Shown piece by piece: positions 29,532 through 38,532 of a stretch of 64,000 nucleotides of DNA. How positions within the stretch are numbered: position 1 is the stretch's first letter; every line of letters starts with the position of its first letter. Source of the DNA: Candidatus Tayloriibacteriota bacterium (GTDB lineage: Bacteria > Patescibacteriota > Minisyncoccia > Phycocordibacterales > PALSA-1337). Under the pieces are notes generated by a model. It did no database searches. It had not been told where the DNA came from and saw nothing but the letters and a program-made list of their open reading frames with translations. The position numbers were made by a program, and so were the translations under genes. The stretch is from positions 26,495 to 90,494 of the forward strand of contig JBPOID010000007.1 in NCBI GenBank assembly GCA_052034805.1, in the 5' to 3' direction.

Positions 29532-30740
29532 TTAGTCTATAAAGGTTAAAGCTTTTCCACCTTTACCAGCACGACCTGTACGGCCTATGCGATGTATATA
29601 GTCTTCGTATGTAGCAGGAAGTTCATAGTTTATAACATGACTTACATCAGGTATATCAAGCCCTCTTGCCGCGACATCTGTAGCAACTAGAACATTTGAT
29701 ATATTATCTCTGAATGATTTTAGAGCTTTTTGTCTTTGACTATGATTTTTATTTCCATGTATTGATTCTGCTTTTAATCCTTTATCGCATAGAAGCTTAG
29801 ATAATTTCTCAACACCATGTTTTGTTCTACCGAATATTATTACTTTATTGAATTCATTATTCGATAACATATCATGTAATAGATCGAATTTTGGTTTATT
29901 TCTTACATATACTACGTCCTGATCTACACTACGCGCGGTGTCGCCGGTCTTCACAGAAATACTTATAGGATTATTCAAGAATTCTTTTATAAGATTCTTT
30001 ATATCACTAGACAATGTAGCTGAGAAGAATAGAGTTTGTCTTTGTTTTGGCATTTCTCCTATCAAGAAACGCATATCATTTATGAATCCCATATCGAGCA
30101 TTCTATCGCTTTCATCTAATACAACAGTTTGGCATTTCTTTAGATTTATACAATTTCTCTTTACCAAATCTTTTATTCTACCAGGAGTTCCTATTACGAA
30201 ATTATGAGGACGACGCAAATCATTTATCTGACGGAATATAGGCATACCTCCAACTGTTGATACTGAATATATATTTAGACCATTAGCAAATTTGACCAAT
30301 TCTTGATTGATCTGTATTGCAAGCTCTCTTGTTGGAGTCATTATTAATATATTCTGTGTTCTATCTTTTATTACTTTATTTATTAAAGGAATAATAAAAG
30401 CAGCTGTTTTTCCTGTACCTGTATTCGCAATACCTACTATATCGCGTCCTTCTAATGTATGTGGTATAGATTGATCTTGTATTGGGGTAGGGTTTATATA
30501 TCCTGCATTTATTACATTTTTCTTTAACATTTCATCTATAGCAAAACTAGCAAATGAATTCACCGGTACATAAGGTTTAACATCTGCTACAGGCATAGCT
30601 TTATTTATAAATTTTGGAATATCACGAAATTCTCCATGATTTGATCTGGAATGTTTTCTCGCGAATCTATTCGCAGGTCTTTTCGATGGTTTAGCAAACC
30701 TTTTAATAGATGGTTTGCCATCAATTCTTTTTTTAAACAT
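29532..30740 (-). CDS. DEAD-box RNA helicase (DESD variant)
   Basis: Q motif PTPIQ, GTGKT, PTRELA, TPGR, DESD, SAT, ARGLD, HRIGRTGR. Confidence 0.96.
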   Translation of the reverse strand: MFKKRIDGKPSIKRFAKPSKRPANRFARKHSRSNHGEFRDIPKFINKAMPVADVKPYVPVNSFASFAIDEMLKKNVINAGYINPTPIQDQSIPHTLEGRDIVGIANTGTGKTAAFIIPLINKVIKDRTQNILIMTPTRELAIQINQELVKFANGLNIYSVSTVGGMPIFRQINDLRRPHNFVIGTPGRIKDLVKRNCINLKKCQTVVLDESDRMLDMGFINDMRFLIGEMPKQRQTLFFSATLSSDIKNLIKEFLNNPISISVKTGDTARSVDQDVVYVRNKPKFDLLHDMLSNNEFNKVIIFGRTKHGVEKLSKLLCDKGLKAESIHGNKNHSQRQKALKSFRDNISNVLVATDVAARGLDIPDVSHVINYELPATYEDYIHRIGRTGRAGKGGKALTFID

Positions 30741-30812
30741 ATATTTCTTCTAGTCTTTAGGTATAAGGTATAAGCCGACTAGTATCTCTTTATTTCCAGA
30801 AGAATATATATG
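30738..30812 (-). promoter_or_regulatory. 5' leader hairpin sequestering the helicase start codon
   Basis: CAUAUAUAUUCUUCUGG pairs with CUAGAAGAAAUAUAUG (includes the AUG), 16 bp with one bulge. Confidence 0.55.
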
Positions 30813-30969
30813 GATATAGAGATATAACTTAACTCTGTGAGTATATTACATACTGGCTATTTTGTCAATATTAACGTCTAATTATATATATTATTCTATA
30901 AAGAGCTTATATTAGACATTATATTAACACTTGCATTATATCTATATATATGGTATAGTTATATACAGT

Positions 30970-31236
30970 ATGGTTCTCAACAAAATCGAAGAGGGGAAAT
31001 TGGCGGAAGTCAAAGCGATTTGGAGAAGAATTTACCTTCATCCGGATCAGGATTTCCTTAATCAGGCAACCAATATGGTAGCATCTTTTTTGAAGGATCT
31101 GAGAGAAAAAGATCCAACATACAAGGATGTGTATCTTTGGCACATGCTTTCTGGTAGTACCGGTGGTACTATCTTTGACTTCGGGGGTGAATTGATTTAC
31201 ACCTTTATGAAGGAAATGGAAAAGAGGATTCCATAA
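30970..31236 (+). CDS. Hypothetical orphan protein
   Basis: GC-richer ORF from MVLNK; TTGCAT promoter upstream and terminator at 31254-31286. Confidence 0.6.
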   Translation: MVLNKIEEGKLAEVKAIWRRIYLHPDQDFLNQATNMVASFLKDLREKDPTYKDVYLWHMLSGSTGGTIFDFGGELIYTFMKEMEKRIP

Positions 31237-31253
31237 AAGAAATTCCTCAATCA

Positions 31254-31347
31254 AAGAACCGGCCCTAAAGGTCGGTTTTTCTTTTTAATATAATAGAAAG
31301 TATAAAATAAAAGATAATAGAAAAAGCGCGGGGCAGGCCGCGCTTTC
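31254..31347. terminator. Two terminators between convergent orphan genes
   Basis: ACCGGCC-CTAAA-GGTCGGT plus T tract; AAAAAGCGCGG-GGCAGG-CCGCGCTTT. Confidence 0.65.
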
Positions 31348-31380
31348 TAATTTTGTCGTCCCTTGGGAGACGATGTATTG

Positions 31381-31641
31381 TTACGCCGCGATGGCGTGAT
31401 GTTCTTGAATCCTTGGCAAAGCCATAAGGAAACCGAGAAACGTATTCTCTGTAACAATGACTCCATCTGCTTTTTGGACATTATGAGTCATCTCTGTATT
31501 CGTGGGTATAGGATCAACTTCCATACGGAAGCTGTATCTTGTAAGTCTCGTAGCTTTTTCTGGTGTAAGCTCCGAAGCTTGTCTCGTGAATTCCTCGAGA
31601 CTTTCAGTGTCTCTCAAATCTAGCAATACCATAAGTTTCAT
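31381..31641 (-). CDS. Hypothetical orphan protein
   Basis: 86 aa GC-richer ORF with own terminator; ends HHAIAA. Confidence 0.6.
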   Translation of the reverse strand: MKLMVLLDLRDTESLEEFTRQASELTPEKATRLTRYSFRMEVDPIPTNTEMTHNVQKADGVIVTENTFLGFLMALPRIQEHHAIAA

Positions 31642-31775
31642 TGACTATCTTTTGACTTTGACCAGCCATGGTTTTGATCAAAAGACATTTACTAATCTGC
31701 CATCACTATATGATAGTTTGGTATAAAAATCAAGTGTATTTGTTGATAATTAGATTATCAGTATTTATCGGTTTT

Positions 31776-31943
31776 TTAATAATTACTTATTTTAAATCCA
31801 ATATAAATACCCAATATTCCACCTATAGCGGTAAATATTATAGATGAAAAGGAAAGCATTCCTTCTCCCCATATACTAGGTATAAAACCGCCAATAGTTG
31901 AACCTATAAACATTCCTATCCAAATTAAAGTTTTTGAACTCAT
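31776..31943 (-). CDS. Small glycine-rich two-TM membrane protein (55 aa)
   Basis: Manual translation MSSKTLIWIGMFIGSTIGGFIPSIWGEGMLSFSSIIFTAIGGILGIYIGFKISNY; starts 7 nt after the MFS stop; not in the track. Confidence 0.75.
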   Translation of the reverse strand: MSSKTLIWIGMFIGSTIGGFIPSIWGEGMLSFSSIIFTAIGGILGIYIGFKISNY

Positions 31944-31950
31944 ATAGAGA

Positions 31951-33147
31951 TTATACCATCGATTCCATTGTTATATCTTCTGGTAAATTCATTTTCTCTA
32001 ATTCTTTTCTCTTTTTGTATAAGATTATAAAAGAAATAAATAAACATATTGAACTAAATAAAAATGGTATTATCACATCTAAACCATACATCAATCCTGA
32101 CAAGAATGGTCCGATCATCATACCTAATGATGTAATAGACGATAGTATACCGAGAGATTCACCACGTTCATTCTTTTTTGCTTGTCCTACTATTTGGCTT
32201 GTCATTATTACTCTTAATATTGATTGACTAAAGGTGATTATAAGCAATCCTATACAGAATACATAAAACAATTTTATACTTAGTAATATAAAGCCGAATG
32301 CAAATATAATTAATGCATTTAATTCTAATTTAGGTTCTTCGAAATATTTTAGCCAAATATGTTTCATCGCTAATCCCTGATTGATCGCTATAACTATACC
32401 TATTATTCCGAATATAATACCTCCTACTAATTCATTAAAAGAAAATACATCTCTTAAATATAAAGAGAATACAGCTTGGTATACAGATAATGATAAACCA
32501 AATAAAAACCAAGAAAGATAATTATTTCTAAGTGAATGATTCTTAACAGCTCTTATAATAGGTAAAAAAGGATTTATGCTTATTGGTTTTGTATTTAGAT
32601 TTTTATTAGTTTCTTCTAGAATAAATGTTGCCAATATTCCATTAAATAAAGCCAAGCCACCAACGAAGAAAAATGGCACACTATGTCCTATATGTCCCAA
32701 TACACCACCCAAGAATGGTCCAAGTATAAAAGCAATACCGAATATAGCACCTATAAGTCCTAGATTTGTTGTTCTTTCTTTATCATCTTTGGATATATCT
32801 GATAAATAACTTTGAGCTATGGGGAAATTACCAGCCATTATTCCATCTATTATTCTACCTATGAATAAGAAGAATATATTCGTAGCACTAGCAAAGACAA
32901 ACCATCCTATTGCAGTACTGAATATGCTTAGTATAAGCATTGGTCTACGTCCGAATCTATCTGATAATGCTCCTATAATAGGTGCACTAAAGAATGAAAA
33001 TAATGCATAAATAGAAAATAGGGAAGTTATGATAAAAGCAGAATTACTGAAACTAGCAACATAGAAAGGTAAAGTCGGTATAACTATACCTAGACCTATA
33101 ACGTCTATAAATACGGTTAATAATATTACTAATTTTATTTTCGGCAT
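31951..33147 (-). CDS. MFS transporter (TetA/DHA1-like)
   Basis: D..GLGIVIP, motif A GALSDRFGRRP, GRIIDG, GP.LGG. Confidence 0.92.
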   Translation of the reverse strand: MPKIKLVILLTVFIDVIGLGIVIPTLPFYVASFSNSAFIITSLFSIYALFSFFSAPIIGALSDRFGRRPMLILSIFSTAIGWFVFASATNIFFLFIGRIIDGIMAGNFPIAQSYLSDISKDDKERTTNLGLIGAIFGIAFILGPFLGGVLGHIGHSVPFFFVGGLALFNGILATFILEETNKNLNTKPISINPFLPIIRAVKNHSLRNNYLSWFLFGLSLSVYQAVFSLYLRDVFSFNELVGGIIFGIIGIVIAINQGLAMKHIWLKYFEEPKLELNALIIFAFGFILLSIKLFYVFCIGLLIITFSQSILRVIMTSQIVGQAKKNERGESLGILSSITSLGMMIGPFLSGLMYGLDVIIPFLFSSICLFISFIILYKKRKELEKMNLPEDITMESMV

Positions 33148-33272
33148 TTCATCTATGTATAATTAAAGCTATAGAAGTATAACATATGTATAACTGTTGA
33201 TTGTGTATATATGGATAGCATACTATAATATACAGGATATTTTTACATTGTAATATATTTTTTTAAATTAAT

Positions 33273-33974
33273 ATGATAAAAAAAGATAAAGGTTTTACTC
33301 TTATTGAACTTCTAGTTGTGATTTCAATAATAGGATTATTATCTACTGTTGTTCTAGCTTCCGTATCTGATACTAGATATAGAGCGATAAATGCCACTGT
33401 ATCTCAAGAAGTACGCAATCGAGAAACTGCAATGAATTTGCTTTTGGAAACTACTGATAGAGCATTCCCTGATCCTGGTAATACTTCTATGCCTGGTAAT
33501 ATAGTTGGTATAGGATCTTATTATTGTTTTGCAAAGAATGAGACAGATTGTTATTTTGCTGACACTTTGCTTAGTAGTGCTCCTATAGGTAATGGACTAT
33601 ATTCATTATTCAAAGCAAAAGAAGAAGATCCTCTCATGTTATCTCAATTAGCTACAGTTGGTGGAGGTCCACAAGCCGAATCATATTATTTGAATAATTA
33701 TATTGCTCCAGCAACTTATAAATATGGAACAGTAAAGGTTGGTCCACATAATAAAAGTTATAGTGTCGGTATTTTCTATAGATGTGCTACATCTGTTGTG
33801 AAAGATGGACTAACATACTGTTCTGGTGCAAATATATATTGGGTTCAAGTTAATTCTAGTATATGTAGGAATGGTCAGGTATTACTTTCTGGTGGCGGAA
33901 ATAATAATGTTCTATGTTATCAGGGTGCAGATGGAAATCCACCTTATGGTACCGAAGATACTAGTATTCTATAG
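33273..33974 (+). CDS. Type IV pilin/pseudopilin with Cys-containing head
   Basis: KG|FTLIELLVVISIIGLLSTVV class III signal. Confidence 0.9.
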   Translation: MIKKDKGFTLIELLVVISIIGLLSTVVLASVSDTRYRAINATVSQEVRNRETAMNLLLETTDRAFPDPGNTSMPGNIVGIGSYYCFAKNETDCYFADTLLSSAPIGNGLYSLFKAKEEDPLMLSQLATVGGGPQAESYYLNNYIAPATYKYGTVKVGPHNKSYSVGIFYRCATSVVKDGLTYCSGANIYWVQVNSSICRNGQVLLSGGGNNNVLCYQGADGNPPYGTEDTSIL

Positions 33975-33995
33975 ATATTGAATAATTATATAAAA

Positions 33996-34508
33996 TCAGA
34001 TTTTTCTACTATCATAGGCCCAATGCAATAATGCTTGTCTTTGTACTGGTCTACAGCTCATATCCATAGCTCTACAATTGTATTTTATTTGATAGATATG
34101 TCTCTTTATCGCTAGCCATCTCTTTATTTGTCTATCATCATCTATACATCTGCGTCCCATATAATATCTACAATACCATTGGAACCATCCGCGAGGATCT
34201 TCCTCGTATATCCAGCCTTTCTTTTGCCATATAGAAAGCGATTGACTAGCATTAACTTTGAAAAAATTAAGCTCAGGGTCTGGTTTATATGAATCTGGAC
34301 TTTGGAATTTGGCTTTAGAAAACCAATCTTTAGGAAATTCCTCGATACAATCTCGCATATATACACCACCGAATACTCCAAGTCCGAGCATTTCTTTTGG
34401 TGTTAGATCTGGTTTGAATCTTTTATCAAAGTTTTTACCTATAGGTTCTTTTAATTCATAGGTATAATTTTTCTGCATTCTATCATTAACTTTGATAATT
34501 TTATTCAT
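33996..34508 (-). CDS. Conserved hypothetical protein (DPRGWFQWYCRY family)
   Basis: FKP.LTP.EM..GVFGG.Y, DPRGWFQWYCRYY.GRR, RQALLHWAYD. Confidence 0.8.
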   Translation of the reverse strand: MNKIIKVNDRMQKNYTYELKEPIGKNFDKRFKPDLTPKEMLGLGVFGGVYMRDCIEEFPKDWFSKAKFQSPDSYKPDPELNFFKVNASQSLSIWQKKGWIYEEDPRGWFQWYCRYYMGRRCIDDDRQIKRWLAIKRHIYQIKYNCRAMDMSCRPVQRQALLHWAYDSRKI

Positions 34509-34513
34509 TATAT

Positions 34514-35236
34514 TTAATTCAAACGGAATGATACCTTCACTGTTACCATAATATCTTTTTCTATACTAGAAGTATCATAATTTCCATAATCAGATATATC
34601 AACTGAATTAGATTGTAGAACTTGAACTACTCCACTTGAAGCTGATTGTACACTACCTACACTTTGACCAGTACCCTGGGCTATTTTCTCAGCTCTGGCT
34701 TTAGCATCCTGTACTGCTTGTGTTAGAAGAGAGACTCTTAGATCTGGTAATTTCGAATAATAATATTCTAGAGATTGAACTGATATTATAGCTCCTTGTG
34801 CTGCTAATTCTGGTATTTTCTTTGATATTTCTGTGATTTTATTAACATCATCTGATTGAATTGTTATTGTCTGTGCCAATTGATAACGCACTTGATTATT
34901 AGAATTTTGATCATACATTTGATTCATAGAAATAGGACTTGATATGAGATTGTCATTATCTATTCCGAATTTTTTCAATAATTCTTTTGCTAAATTGAAA
35001 TCATGAGAGATATCCTTGTAACCCTGAGAAAGTTCATCAGTCGTTGCGATGCGATTGATAGAAATAATCAATTTTGCTTTGTCAGAAGTAACTTGCTTTT
35101 TCACTGAACCTACAACTGAAAGTATATTTTTATTATTTATTGATTGTGATGAATAATAGAATATACCAAATACCAATGAACTGATAATTAATGCTATACC
35201 AATAATCATTGATGGAGAGAATTTTGATTCATTCAT
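34514..35236 (-). CDS. SIMPL (DUF541) domain protein
   Basis: N-terminal TM, LSVVG...V.SD.A, AVQDAKARAEKIA, V.VSF C-terminus. Confidence 0.88.
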   Translation of the reverse strand: MNESKFSPSMIIGIALIISSLVFGIFYYSSQSINNKNILSVVGSVKKQVTSDKAKLIISINRIATTDELSQGYKDISHDFNLAKELLKKFGIDNDNLISSPISMNQMYDQNSNNQVRYQLAQTITIQSDDVNKITEISKKIPELAAQGAIISVQSLEYYYSKLPDLRVSLLTQAVQDAKARAEKIAQGTGQSVGSVQSASSGVVQVLQSNSVDISDYGNYDTSSIEKDIMVTVKVSFRLN

Positions 35237-35331
35237 TGAATTTTATTTTAAATTTTAATTATCTATATTTTATAATAATCGTCTATAATAGGCAAAATTG
35301 TTTAATGTTTTAGTATTTGTATAGAAATGAA

Positions 35332-35634
35332 TTATTTTCTGGGTGGTCCCCATTGCCATCTAGGTTTCTCTCCTTTTCTATAACAGATAAATATCAGAAG
35401 GGCAGTCGATATAATAATAGGCAATGCAAATGTAAGGAAATTACTTCCTGAATCAGGATTTCCTGGTATAGATTCTTCTCTTGTGAGCACAAGGGTTAAT
35501 ATAAATGAAATATATAGAATAATGACAAGCCATCCTTGCCATTTCACAGGTGTCCAACCCCAGCCATAGAGTTTAGCTTTGAACCAATAGCCTTTTGGAT
35601 TGTCTTTGAAGTAATTTATATAGTCTTTGATCAT
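35332..35634 (-). CDS. Small two-TM membrane protein
   Basis: WFKAKLYGWGWTPVKWQGW...KGEKPRWQWG motif. Confidence 0.75.
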   Translation of the reverse strand: MIKDYINYFKDNPKGYWFKAKLYGWGWTPVKWQGWLVIILYISFILTLVLTREESIPGNPDSGSNFLTFALPIIISTALLIFICYRKGEKPRWQWGPPRK

Positions 35635-35698
35635 GTGTGTATTTTAACAGAGATTAAATGGAAATAGTAATGATTGGTTGTAATATTATTTTATATAA

Positions 35699-35730
35699 AA
35701 GAAAACGCATCTTTCTGAGATGCGTTTTTG
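35699..35730 (-). terminator. Terminator of the 36648-35743 unit
   Basis: AAAACGCATCT-TTCTG-AGATGCGTTTT. Confidence 0.7.
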
Positions 35731-35742
35731 ATTCTCTTAAAA

Positions 35743-36045
35743 TCAATCTAAGATCCCACATTGACCCTGATTGGGGATCCAAAGCACCGCTTCAGGCCAC
35801 TTTAGAGTTGATCTTTGAAGATTTTGAGGAAAATGAATGACTCGTCCGTCAGGGAAATGGGTGATTTTCGAAATCTTTCCTAGAATCGTCCCCCATTCAC
35901 CATAATAACGGTGTGAGATAAGAATCTCTGTTCCGTTCGAAAGTGCTTGTTCAAAAGCTTCTTTCGATGGGATATTGTCACGCTTAATCCCTATAAAGAT
36001 ACTTCTGGGATTTGAAGGGTAGCCATTTCGGTCTAGACGTGCCAT
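35743..36045 (-). CDS. Hypothetical orphan protein
   Basis: 100 aa ORF, SD-like AAGGA upstream, terminator downstream. Confidence 0.55.
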   Translation of the reverse strand: MARLDRNGYPSNPRSIFIGIKRDNIPSKEAFEQALSNGTEILISHRYYGEWGTILGKISKITHFPDGRVIHFPQNLQRSTLKWPEAVLWIPNQGQCGILD

Positions 36046-36075
36046 ACCTGTCCTTTCTTTTTTGAGTTGATGGGT

Positions 36076-36648
36076 TTAGCGAAGTGCGAGCAGTACCACA
36101 ACGAGGTGAAGCCATAAGCAGTTCACAGGATAAACCAAATCTTGCTTTTGTCCTTTCCACCGGAGAATTACAACGATGGTTTGAAAAGCAAACGAGATGG
36201 TCCATAGAAACCAGCATAGGGCGATTTCATTTTGAGGTTTTGTCCAGACACTTTGCAATGTCGGGATGAAACCAATGGTTATACCGAGCTGGAGCATCAT
36301 ATTGGTAACAGTGGGAGACTTGAGTTTCCACCACAAGAGACTTGCTGTGATACCAATCACGAGAACAATACTATCATTTGTACTCAATCCTTTGAGTTGT
36401 CCTTGGAAAAGGGTAAGTAAAAAGGTAAGTATGCATTGAATACTGCTAATGGTTGGAAGAAGACTCTTCCAACCATCCTTGCTCATCGCTTTATAGGAAG
36501 TGAAATTAAGGAGCGTCATAAAGCCCCATACTGCCCATGAAGTGATATTGGGATTGGCATGTCCTTGTAAAGTCTGCCAATTATAGATACCGAAAGCGAG
36601 AACATTTATAAGTCCCGCCATAACACCCAAAAGAATGTCTAGTTTCAG
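36076..36648 (-). CDS. Multi-pass membrane protein, homolog of 27600-28169; probable CTG start
   Basis: P..TSWAVW and IPT....W.KPQNE motifs; in-frame CTG at 36648 lies 7 nt after GAGG. Confidence 0.7.
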   Translation of the reverse strand: MKLDILLGVMAGLINVLAFGIYNWQTLQGHANPNITSWAVWGFMTLLNFTSYKAMSKDGWKSLLPTISSIQCILTFLLTLFQGQLKGLSTNDSIVLVIGITASLLWWKLKSPTVTNMMLQLGITIGFIPTLQSVWTKPQNEIALCWFLWTISFAFQTIVVILRWKGQKQDLVYPVNCLWLHLVVVLLALR

Positions 36649-36788
36649 AAAATTTCCTCTGTATAGCCTGACGGGATTGTCAGTCTTTTATCATATTACA
36701 ATATAAATAGTATAAAGTCAAATATACTTTGGGTTAATCTAATCTCTAATTACAATACTTAATATTTCTATTATTTATTTTATATAAT

Positions 36789-37034
36789 CTAAGATTTCTT
36801 CCATCTAGGGGCGAATCTAATCATCCAAGCAAAAAATTTAGCTTTGATTGGACTAGTACCATTTTTTCTCATTTGTTCATAACAGACTTTCTGAAATCCT
36901 TTAAGATCTCCCTCATAACAAAGCTTTCCTCCTTTAAAACAATAACTACAATAACGTGGATTCTCACGATTATCTCCCATCGGGTCCATATTAAATGGCA
37001 TTAGACAACTCTCACAACTTTTTGTTTTATTCAT
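36789..37034 (-). CDS. Putative zinc-ribbon domain protein
   Basis: CESCLMP...YCSYCFKGG...PRWK. Confidence 0.85.
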   Translation of the reverse strand: MNKTKSCESCLMPFNMDPMGDNRENPRYCSYCFKGGKLCYEGDLKGFQKVCYEQMRKNGTSPIKAKFFAWMIRFAPRWKKS

Positions 37035-37065
37035 GGTATTTATTATATCACTTTTTATATAAAAA

Positions 37066-38532
37066 CTACTCTAAATCAAATCTAACTACACACTTATCAG
37101 CCCGTACTCTCGGAAGATTAAGTCTACTCCATTCGGTATCGCCACCTTTGAGACTTATAGCTTTTATTCCAACTTGCTCGGCTTTGTAAGCGGCCAATCG
37201 GCTTGTATTGCCACGTCTGCAGACAAATATGACAGCTGTATTTTTGATCAGGTTTTTCTTGTTCTTTTTGAGATAGTCATCAAGACTATGAACTGGGACA
37301 TGGATTGATCCAGGAATATGATGGTCCTCGTACTCGCTATCATTTCTTACGTCAATAACAAGATAGCCATCTTTGTGAGCAATTTCTTCTTTATGCTTAA
37401 CTTTCTCCCAAATTTGTTCAGGTGTTTCGGTAAAGAGTAGTGAAAATGTCTCCTGTGAGTCGAGTTCTTTGATAGTTGGAATAGGTGTGGCAGGAATATG
37501 AGCGCCTTTTTCTTTGAGTAATTGCTCGTTTTCAATTTTTGGAAAATGTGACGGGTCGAGGTATTCAAAATACTCATCAATATATGGAAATGGACTATCA
37601 GGACAGACAAATACTGCAATCTTTTCCTCGCCAGACAATCTTTGCTTTGAAAGATGATTGAGAAGACCGACAAGCGCAAAGCCAGAACTTGGTCCGACAA
37701 AAAGTCCTGCACGACAGAGGTCCATAGACATTTTGAATGATTCGGTTGTGCCGATTTCTACCTGATGATCAAGTACAGACTTCCAGTCAAAGGCAATCTC
37801 TCGTAAGAGATTGTTTGTTCGCACCCCGGGTACTGGGTTGTTGGCAATACGAGATACTCCAACTATTTCAATGTCTGACTTTTTCTCTTTGAGATATGAA
37901 CCGATACCAACAACTGATCCAGTCGTACCAAGACCAACTGATAACATCGATATCTTGCCCTTAGTTTGTTCCCATATCTGCGGACCAGTCCATTTGTAGT
38001 GAGCGGCAGGATTGGCCTCATTGTCATATTGACCAGGATTAAACCATCCTTTTTCCTTGGACCACACTTTTGCTTTGTAGATTCCGCTTGTAGGATCGCT
38101 TGGATCAGGACAGATCGGCTCTTTATTGACGATAACTTCGTTACCGAGGAATCGTAGGATATTCAATTTGCCTCGGCTTACCTCATGAGACACAACTGCC
38201 TTGGTGTGGGGTATGCCCATAAGTCGTGCTATAACAGCCAGTGAGAAAACAGTATTGCCTGAAGAATTTTCGATAATAGTATCAGGCAATAATCCTTTTT
38301 CTTTACGGTCCAAAAGCATATTGTATGCAGGCAATGACTTTACATTCGCAAGTGGCAATGCATTCATAAGCTTGGCAAAAATACGCACGCCGTCTTTGCG
38401 ATACGGATTCAGGTGGTCGGGTATCTCTACAAGTGGCGTGTATGGCGCATTGTCGGGGTTGAGAAAATCAAGAACAGCGTCGCTGCCTTCAAAAGTATTG
38501 AGTATTTTTTGTTCGTTAGTTTTTGGAATCAT
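37066..38532 (-). CDS. PLP-dependent cysteine synthase-like enzyme fused to a C-terminal rhodanese domain
   Basis: TPLV, NVKSLPA (PLP Lys), SSGNT, QYDN..NP.AH, GLGTTG, GPSSG; then IDVR...E....HIPGS and CRRGNTS. Confidence 0.88.
   Translation of the reverse strand: MIPKTNEQKILNTFEGSDAVLDFLNPDNAPYTPLVEIPDHLNPYRKDGVRIFAKLMNALPLANVKSLPAYNMLLDRKEKGLLPDTIIENSSGNTVFSLAVIARLMGIPHTKAVVSHEVSRGKLNILRFLGNEVIVNKEPICPDPSDPTSGIYKAKVWSKEKGWFNPGQYDNEANPAAHYKWTGPQIWEQTKGKISMLSVGLGTTGSVVGIGSYLKEKKSDIEIVGVSRIANNPVPGVRTNNLLREIAFDWKSVLDHQVEIGTTESFKMSMDLCRAGLFVGPSSGFALVGLLNHLSKQRLSGEEKIAVFVCPDSPFPYIDEYFEYLDPSHFPKIENEQLLKEKGAHIPATPIPTIKELDSQETFSLLFTETPEQIWEKVKHKEEIAHKDGYLVIDVRNDSEYEDHHIPGSIHVPVHSLDDYLKKNKKNLIKNTAVIFVCRRGNTSRLAAYKAEQVGIKAISLKGGDTEWSRLNLPRVRADKCVVRFDLE

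Noticed and set aside
30100-30120. DESD instead of DEAD in the helicase
   Set aside because: DExD variation is common and all other motifs are intact
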